Below are positions 51,545 to 61,100 of a stretch of DNA of 64,000 nucleotides, one piece after another. Numbering within the stretch: the stretch's first letter is position 1; the number at the start of each line of letters is the position of its first letter. The position numbers were made by a program, and so were the translations under genes. This stretch comes from Camelus dromedarius (Eukaryota). The DNA lies in contig NC_087436.1 in assembly GCF_036321535.1 (NCBI RefSeq), positions 2,604,001 through 2,668,000 on the forward strand, read 5' to 3'. The notes under the pieces were generated by a model, which did not search any database, was not told where the DNA came from, and worked only from the letters and a program-made list of their open reading frames with translations.

Positions 51545-54500
51545 CAAACCGAGTTGGAGCTAGTACCTCCCCATATATATGTATGGAGTGGAGTTTGCAA
51601 CTGAAAAGAAACTTTGTGTTCCCAACAAGCTTGGTGAAGGACGGCTTTCACACACACTTATCTCTCAGAACTAAGCATGTGGAGAGACGTTATTTCATCT
51701 AGCACAAAGGGAACGGGTTGTAGGGGAAACTTTTACTCTGGTTTCTCAGTCTGTTTCCTAGTGCCGGTTTGAAGTTCCTGCAGATTTCACTGTAAAATCG
51801 ATTTGGAGCTAGTACCTCCCCATATATATGTATGGAGTGGTGTTTGCAACTGAAAAGAATCTTTGTGTTCCCAACAAGTTAGGTGAAGGACGGCATTCAC
51901 ACACACTTATCTCTCAGAACTGAGCATGTGGAGAGACGTTCGTTCATCTAGCACAAAGGGAACGGGTTGCAGGAGAAACTTTTACTCTGGTTTCTCAGTC
52001 TGTTTCCTAGTGCCGGTTTGAATTTCCTGCAGTTTTCACTGTAAAACCGAGTTGGAGCTCGTACCTCCCCATAAATTTATATGGAGTGGGTTTGAAACTG
52101 AAAAGAAACTTTGTGTTCCCAACAAGCTAGGTGAAGGACGGCTTTCACACACAATTATCTCTGAGAAATGAGCATGTGGGAGACGTTCGTTCATCTAGCA
52201 CAAAGGGAACGTGTTGCAGGAGAAACTTTTACTCTGAACTCTCAGTCTGTTTCCTAGTGCCGATTTGAAGTTCCTGCAGTTTTCACTGTCAAAGCGAGTT
52301 GGAGATAGTACCTCCCCATATATATGTATGGAGTGGAGTTTGCAACTGAAAAGAAACTTTGTGTTCCCAACAAGCTAGGTGAAGGACGGCTTTCACACAC
52401 ACTTATCTCTCAGAACTAAGCATGTGGAGAGACGTTCTTTCATCTAGCACAAAGGGAACGGGTTGTAGGGGAAACTTTTACTCTGGTTTCTCAGTCTGTT
52501 TCCTAGTGCCGGTTTGAAGTTCCTGCAGTTTTCACTGTAAAACCGAGTTGGAGCTAGTACCACCCCATATATATGTATGGAGTGGTGTTTGCTACTGAAA
52601 AGAAACTTTGTGTTCCAAACAAGTTAGGTGAAGGACGGCTTTCACACACACTTATCTCTCAGAACTGAGCATGTGGATAGACGTTCGTTCATCTAGCACA
52701 AAGGGAACGGTTTGCAGGAGAAACTTTTACTCTGGTTTCTCAGTCTTTTTCCTAGTGCCGGTTTGAATTTCCTGCAGTTTTCACTGTAAAACCGAGTTGG
52801 AGCTAGTACCTCCCCATAAATATATATGGAGTGCCGTTTGCAACTGAAAAGAAACTTTGTGTTCCCAACAAGTTAGGTGAACGAAGGCTTTCACACACAC
52901 TTATCTCTCAGAACTGAGCATGTGGAGAGACGTTCGTTCATCTAGCAGAAAGGGAACGGGTTGCTGGAGAAACTTTTACTCTGGTTTCTCAGTCTGTTTC
53001 CTAGTGCCGGTTTGAATTTCCTGCAGTTTTCACTGTAAAACCGAGTTGGAGCTAGCACCTCCCCATAAATATATATGGAGTGGAGTTTGCAACTGAAAAG
53101 AAACTTTGTGTTCCCAACAAGCTAGGTGAAGGACGGCTTTCACACACACTTATCTTGAGAACTGAGCATGTGGAGAGACGTTCGTTCATCTAGCACAAAG
53201 GGAAAGTGTTGCAGGAGAAACTTTTACTCTGGTCTCTCAGTCTGTTTCCTAGTGCCGGTTTGAAGTTCCTGCAGTTTTCACTGTCAAACCGAGTTGGAGC
53301 TAGTACCTCCCCTTATATATGTATGGAGTGCAGTTAGCAACTGAAAAGAAAATTTGTGTTTCCAACAAGCTAGGTGAAGGACGGCTTTCACACACACTTA
53401 TCTCTCACAACTGAGCATGTGGAGAGACGTTCGTTCATCTAGCACAAATGGAAAGGGTTGCAGGAGAAACTATACTCTGTTTCCTCAGTCTGTTTCCTAG
53501 TGCCCGTTTGAAGTTCCTGCAGTTTTCACTGTCAAACCGAGTTGGAGCTAGTACCTCCCCATATATATGTATGGAGTGGAGTTTGCAACTGAAAAAAACT
53601 ATGTGTTCCCAACAAGCTAGGTGAAGTACGGCTTTCACACACACTTATCTCTCAGAACTGAGCATGTGGAGAGACGTTCGTTCATCTAGCACAAAGGGAA
53701 CGGGTTGCAGGAGAAACTTTTACTCTGAACTCTCAGTCTGTTTCCTAGTGCCTGTTTGAAGTTCCTGCAGATTTCACTGTAAAACCGAGTTGGAGCTAGT
53801 ACCTCCACATAAATATGTATGGAGTGGAGTTTGCAAGTGAAAAGAAACTTTTTGTTCCCAACAAGCTAAGTGAAGGACGGCTTACACACACACTTATCTC
53901 TGAGAACTGAGCATGTGGAGAGACTTTCGTTCATCTAGCACAAAGGGAACGTGTTACAAGAGAAACTTTTACTCTGGTTTCTCAGTCTATTTCCTAGTGC
54001 CTGTTGGTAGTTCCTGCAGTTTTCACTGTAAAACCGAGTTGGAGCTAGTACCTCCCCATAAATATGTATGGAGTGGTGTTTGCAACTGAACAGAAACTTT
54101 GTGTTCCCAACAAGCTAGGTGAAGGACGGCTTTCACACACATTTTTCTCTCAGAACTGAGCATGTGGAGAGACGTTCGTTCATCTAGCAGAAAGGGAACG
54201 GGTTGTAGGGGAAACTTTTACTCTGGTTTCTCAGTCTGTTTCCTAGTGCCGGTTTGAAGTTCCTGCAGTTTTCACTGTAAAACCGAGTTGGAGCTAGTAC
54301 CTCCCCATATATATGTATGGAGTGGTGTTTGCAACTGAAAAGAAACTTTGTGTTCCCAACAAGTTAGGTGAAGGACGGCATTCACACACACTAATCTCTC
54401 AGAACTGAGCATGTGGAGAGACGTTCGTTCATCTAGCACAAAGGGAACGGGTTGCAGGAGAAACTTTTACTCTGGTTTCTCAGTCTGTTTCCTAGTGCCG

Positions 54501-56710
54501 GTTTGAATTTCCTGCAGATTTCACTGTAAAACCGAGTTGGAGCTAGTACCTCCCCATAAATATATATGGAGTGGGGTTTGAAACTGAAAAGAAACTTTGT
54601 GTTCCCAACAAGCTAGGTGAAGGACGGCTTTCACACACACTTATCTCTGAGAACTGAGCATGTGGAGAGACGTTCGTTCATCTAGCACAAAGGGAACGTG
54701 TTGCAGGAGAAACTTTTACTCTGGACTCTCAGTCTGTTTCCTAGTGCCGGTTTGTAGTTCCTGCAGTTTTCACTGTCAAACCGAGTTGGAGCTAGTACCT
54801 CCCCATATATATGTATGGAGTGGAGTTTGCAACTGAAAAGAAACTTTGTGTTCCCAACAAGCTTGGTGAAGGACGGCTTTCACACACACTTATCTCTCAG
54901 AACTAAGCATGTGGAGAGACGTTATTTCATCTATCACAAAGGGAACGGGTTGTAGGGGAAACTTTTACTCTGGTTTCTCAGTCTGTTTCCTAGTGCCGGT
55001 TTGAAGTTCCTGCAGATTTCACTGTAAAATCGAGTTGGAGCTAGTACCTCCCCATATATATGTATGGAGTGGTGTTTGCAACTGAAAAGAATCTTTGTGT
55101 TCCCAACAAGTTAGGTGAAGGACGGCATTCACACACACTTATCTCTCAGAACTGAGCATGTGGAGAGACGTTCGTTCATCTAGCACAAAGGGAACGGGTT
55201 GCAGGAGAAACTTTTACTCTGGTTTCTCAGTCTGTTTCCTAGTGCCGGTTTGAATTTCCTGCAGTTTTCACTGTAAAACCGAGTTGGAGCTCGTACCTCC
55301 CCATAAATTTATATGGAGTGGGTTTGAAACTGAAAAGAAACTTTGTGTTCCCAACAAGCTGGGTGAAGGACGGCTTTCACACACAATTATCTCTGAGAAA
55401 TGAGCATGTGGGAGACGTTCGTTCATCTAGCACAAAGGGAACGTGTTGCAGGAGAAACTTTTACTCTGAACTCTCAGTCTGTTTCCTAGTGCCGATTTGA
55501 AGTTCCTGCAGTTTTCACTGTCAAAGCGAGTTGGAGATAGTACCTCCCCATATATATGTATGGAGTGGAGTTTGCAACTGAAAAGAAACTTTGTGTTCCC
55601 AACAAGCTAGGTGAAGGACGGCTTTCACACACACTTATCTCTCAGAACTAAGCATGTGGAGAGACGTTCTTTCATCTAGCACAAAGGGAACGGGTTGTAG
55701 GGGAAACTTTTACTCTGGTTTCTCAGTCTGTTTCCTAGTGCCGGTTTGAAGTTCCTGCAGTTTTCACTGTAAAACCGAGTTGGAGCTAGTACCTCCCCAT
55801 AAATATATATGGAGTGCCGTTTGCAACTGAAAAGAAACTTTGTGTTCCCAACAAGTTAGGTGAACGAAGGCTTTCACACACACTTATCTCTCAGAACTGA
55901 GCATGTGGAGAGACGTTCGTTCATCTAGCAGAAAGGGAACGGGTTGCTGGAGAAACTTTTACTCTGGTTTCTCAGTCTGTTTCCTAGTGCCGGTTTGAAT
56001 TTCCTGCAGTTTTCACTGTAAAACCGAGTTGGAGCTAGCACCTCCCCATAAATATATATGGAGTGGAGTTTGCAACTGAAAAGAAACTTTGTGTTCCCAA
56101 CAAGCTAGGTGAAGGACGGCTTTCACACACACTTATCTTGAGAACTGAGCATGTGGAGAGACGTTCGTTCATCTAGCACAAAGGGAAAGTGTTGCAGGAG
56201 AAACTTTTACTCTGGTCTCTCAGTCTGTTTCCTAGTGCCGGTTTGAAGTTCCTGCAGTTTTCACTGTCAAACCGAGTTGGAGCTAGTACCTCCCCTTATA
56301 TATGTATGGAGTGCAGTTAGCAACTGAAAAGAAAATTTGTGTTTCCAACAAGCTAGGTGAAGGACGGCTTTCACACACACTTATCTCTCACAACTGAGCA
56401 TGTGGAGAGACGTTCGTTCATCTAGCACAAATGGAAAGGGTTGCAGGAGAAACTATACTCTGTTTCCTCAGTCTGTTTCCTAGTGCCCGTTTGAAGTTCC
56501 TGCAGTTTTCACTGTCAAACCGAGTTGGAGCTAGTACCTCCCCATATATATGTATGGAGTGGAGTTTGCAACTGAAAAAAACTATGTGTTCCCAACAAGC
56601 TAGGTGAAGTACGGCTTTCACACACACTTATCTCTCAGAACTGAGCATGTGGAGAGACGTTCGTTCATCTAGCACAAAGGGAACGGGTTGCAGGAGAAAC
56701 TTTTACTCTG
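50495..56710 (+). repeat. 13-mer duplication whose second copy lacks one monomer (offset 3232, then 2983)
   Basis: B-type monomers start at 50482/53714, and the copies share TTACAAGAG, GCTCGTACC and GAGTGCCG. ORFs at 53435/56418 are spaced by 2983. The TCCAAAC/GGATAG markers (about 52560-52750) are missing from copy 2. Confidence 0.9.
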
Positions 56711-58129
56711 GTTTATCAGTCTGTTTCCTAGTGCCGGTTTGAAGTTCCTTCAGTTTTCATTGTAAAATCGATTTGGAGCTAGTACCTCCCCATAAAAATG
56801 TATGGAGTGGAGTTTGCAACTGAAAAGAAACTTTGTGTTCCCAACAAGCTAGGTGAATTAAGGCTTTCACACACACTTATCTCTGAGAACTGAGCATGTG
56901 GAGAGACTTTCGTTCATCTAGCAAAAAGGGAACGTGTTGCAGGAGAAACTTTTACTCTGGTCTCTCAGTCTGTTTCCTAGTGCCGGGATGAAGTTCCTGC
57001 AGTTTTCACTGTAAAACCGATTTCGAGCTAGTACATCCCCATATATATGTATGGAGTGGAGTTTGCAAGTGAAAAGAAACTTTGTGTTCCCAAGAAGCTA
57101 GGTGAAGGACGGCTTTCACACACACTTATCTCTGAGAACTGAGCATGTGGAGAGAAGTTCGTTCATCTAGCACAAAAGGAACGTGTTGCAGGAGAAACTT
57201 TTACTCTGGTCTCTCATTCTGTTTCCTAGTGCCGGTTTGATGTTACTTCAGTTTTCACTGTAAAACCGTGTTGGAGCTAGTACCTCCCCATATATATTTA
57301 TGGAGAGGAGTTTGCAACAGAAAAGAAACTTTGTGTTCCCAACAAGCTAGTTGAAGTACGGCTTTCACACCCACTTATCTCTCAGAACTGAGCATGTGGA
57401 GAGACGTTCGTTCATCTAGCACAAAGGGAACGGGTTGCAGGAGAAACTTTTACTCTGGTTTCTCAGTCTGTTTCCTAGTGCCGGTTTGAAGTTCCTGCAG
57501 TTTTCACTGTAAAACCGAGTTGGAGCTAGTACCTCCCCATATATATGTATGGAGTGGAGTTTGCATCTGAAAAGAAACTTTGTGTTCCCAACAAGCTAGG
57601 TGAATGACCGCTTTCACTCACACATATCTCTGAGAAATGAGCATGTGGAGAGACGTTCGTTCATCTAGCACAAAGGGAACGTGTTGCAGGAGAAACTTTT
57701 ACTCTGGTCTCTCAGTTTGTTTCCTAGTGCCGGTTTGAAGTTACTGCAGTTTTCACTGTAAAACCGTGTTGGAGCTAGTACCTCCCCATATATATGTATG
57801 GAGTGGAGTTTGCAACTGAAAAGAAACTTTGTGTTCCCAACAAGCTAGGTGAAGGACGGCTTTCACACACACTTCCTCTCAGAACTGAGCATGTGGAGAG
57901 ACGTTCGTTCATCTAGCACAAAGGGAACGGGTTGCAGGAGAAACTTTTACTCTGGTTTCTCAGTCTGTTTCCTAGTGCCGGTTGGAATTTCCTGCAGTTT
58001 TCACTGTAAAACCGAGTTGGAGCTAGTACCTCCCCATATATATGAATGGAGTGGAGTTTGCAACTGAAAAGAAACTTTGTGTTCCCAACAAGCTAGGTGA
58101 ATGACGTCTTTCACACACACTTATCTCTC

Positions 58130-61100
58130 AGAACTGACCATGTGGAGAGACGATCGTTCATCTAGCACAAAGGGAAGGGTTTGCAGGAGAAACTTTTACT
58201 CTGGTTTCTCAGTCTGTTTCCTAGTGCCGGTTTGAAGTTCCTGCAGTTTTCACTGTCAAACCGAGTTGGAGCTAGTACCTCCCCATATATATGTACGGAG
58301 TGGAGTTTGCAACTGAAAAGAAACTTTGTGTTCCCAACAAGCTAGGTGAATGACGGCTTTCACACACACTTATCTCTCAGAACTGAGCATGTGGAGAGAC
58401 GATCGTTCATCTAGCACAAAGGGAAGGGTTTGCAGGAGAAACTTTTACTCTGGTTTCTCAGTCTGTTTCCTAGTGCCGGTTTGAAGTTCCTGCAGTTTTC
58501 ACTGTCAAACCGAGTTGGAGCTAGTACCTCCCCATATATATGTATGGAGTGGAGTTTGCAACTGAAAAGAAACTTTGTGTTCCCAACAAGCTAGGTGAAG
58601 GACGGCTTTCACACACACTTATCTCTCAGAACGAAGCATGTGGAGAGACGTTCTTTCATCTAGCACAAAGGGAACGGGTTGTAGGGGAAACTTTTTCTCT
58701 GGTTTCTCAGTCTGTTTCCTAGTGCCGGTTTGAAGTTCCTGCAGTTTTCACTGTAAAACCGAGTTGGAGCTAGTACCTCCCCATATATATGTATGGAGTG
58801 GTGTTTGCTACTGAAAAGAAACTTTGTGTTCCCAACAAGTTAGGTGAAGGACGGCTTTCACACACACTTATCTCTCAGAAATGAGCATGTGGAGAGACGT
58901 TCGTTCATCTAGCACAAAGGGAACGGGTTGCAGGAGAAACTTTTACTCTGGTTTCTCAGTCTGTTTCCTAGTGCCGGTTTGAATTTCCTGCAGTTTTCAC
59001 TGTAAAACCGAGTTGGAGCTAGTACCTACCCATAAATATATATGGAGTGGTGTTTGCAACTGAAAAGAAACTTTGTGTTCCCAACAAGTTAGGTGAACGA
59101 AGGCTTTCACACACACTTATCTCTCAGAACTGAGTATGTGGAGAGAAGTTCGTTCATCTAGCACAAAGGGAACGTGTTGCAGGAGAAACTTTTACTCTGG
59201 TCTCTCAGTCTATTTCCTAGTGCCGGTTTCAAGTTACTGCAGTTTTCAGTGTAAAACCGTGTTGGAGCTAGTAATTCCCCATATATATGTATGGAGTGGA
59301 GTTTGCAACTGAAAATTAACTTTGTGTTCCCAACAAGCTAGGTGAATGACGGCTTTCACACACACTTCCTCTCAGAAATGAGCATGTGGAGAGAAGTTCG
59401 TTCATCTAGCACAAAGGGAACGGGTTGCAGGAGAAACTTTTACTCTGGTTTCTCAGTCTGTTTCCTAGTGCCTGTTTGAAGTTCCTGCAGATTTCACTGT
59501 AAAACCGAGTTGGAGCTAGTACCTCCACATAAATATGTATGGAGTGGAGTTTGCAAGTGAAAAGAAACTTTTTGTTCCCAACAAGCTAGGTGAAGGACGG
59601 CTTTCACACACACTTATCTCTGAGAACTGAGCATGTGGAGAGACTTTCGTTCATCTAGCACAAAGGGAACGTGTTACAGGAGAAACTTTTACTCTGGTTT
59701 CTCAGTCTATTTCCTAGTGCCGGTTGGAAGTTCCTGCAGTTTTCACTGTAAAACCGAGTTGGAGCTAGTACCTCCCCATAAATATGTATGGAGTGGTGTT
59801 TGCAACTGAACAGAAACTTTGTGTTCCCAACAAGCTAGGTGAAGTACGGCTTTCACACACATTTTTCTCTCAGAACTGAGCATGTGGAGAGACGTTCGTT
59901 CATCTAGCAGAAAGGGAACGTGTTGTAGGGGAAACTTTTACTCTGGTTTCTCAGTCTGTTTCCTAGTGCCGGTTTGAAGTTCCTGCAGTTTTCACTGTAA
60001 AACCGAGTTGGAGCTAGTACCTCCCCATATATATGTATGGAGTGGTGTTTGCAACTGAAAAGAAACTTTGTGTTCCCAACAAGTTAGGTGAAGGACGGCA
60101 TTCACACACACTAATCTCTCAGAACTGAGCATGTGGAGAGACGTTCGTTCATCTAGCACAAAGGGATCGGGTTGCAGGAGAAACTTTTACTGTGGTTTCT
60201 CAGTCTGTTTCCTAGTGCCGGTTTGAATTTCCTGCAGTTTTCACTGTAAAAGCGAGTTGGAGCTAGTACCTCCCCATAAATATATATGGAGTGGGGTTTG
60301 AAACTGAAAAGAAATTTTGTGTTCCCAACAGGCTAGGTGAAGGACGGCTTTCACACACAGTTATCTCTGAGAACTGAGCATGTGGAGAGACGTTCGTTCA
60401 TCTAGCACAAAGGGAACGGGTTGCAGGAGAAACTTTTACTCTGGTTTCTCAGTCTGTTTCCTAGTGCCGGTTTGAAGTTCCTGCAGTTTTCACTGTCAAA
60501 CCGAGTTGGAGCTAGTACCTCCCCATATATATGTATGGAGTGGAGTTTGCAACTGAAAAGAAACTTTGTGTTCCCAACAAGCTAGGTGAAGGACGGCTTT
60601 CACACACACTTATCTCTCAGAACGAAGCATGTGGAGAGACGTTCTTTCATCTAGCACAAAGGGAACGGGTTGCAGGAGAAACTTTTACTCTGGTTTCTCA
60701 GTCTGTTTCCTAGTGCCGGTTTGAATTTCCTGCAGTTTTCACTGTAAAACCGAGTTGGAGCTAGTACCTACCCATAAATATATATGGAGTGGAGTTTGCA
60801 ACTGAAAAGAAACTTTGTGTTCCCAACAAGTTAGGTGAACGAAGGCTTTCACACACACTTATCTCTCAGAACTGAGTATGTGGAGAGAAGTTCGTTCATC
60901 TAGCACAAAGGGAACGTGTTGCAGGAGAAACTTTTACTCTGGTCTCTCAGTCTATTTCCTAGTGCCAGTTTCAAGTTACTGCAGTTTTCACTGTAAAACC
61001 GTGTTGGAGCTAGTAATTCCCCATATATATGTATGGAGTGGAGTTTGCAAATGAAAATTAACTTTGTGTTCCCAACAAGCTAGGTGAATGACGGCTTTCA

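Noticed and set aside
57407..57434. Possible CENP-B box (TTCG...CGGG)
   Set aside because: The spacing is 20 nt instead of 7.
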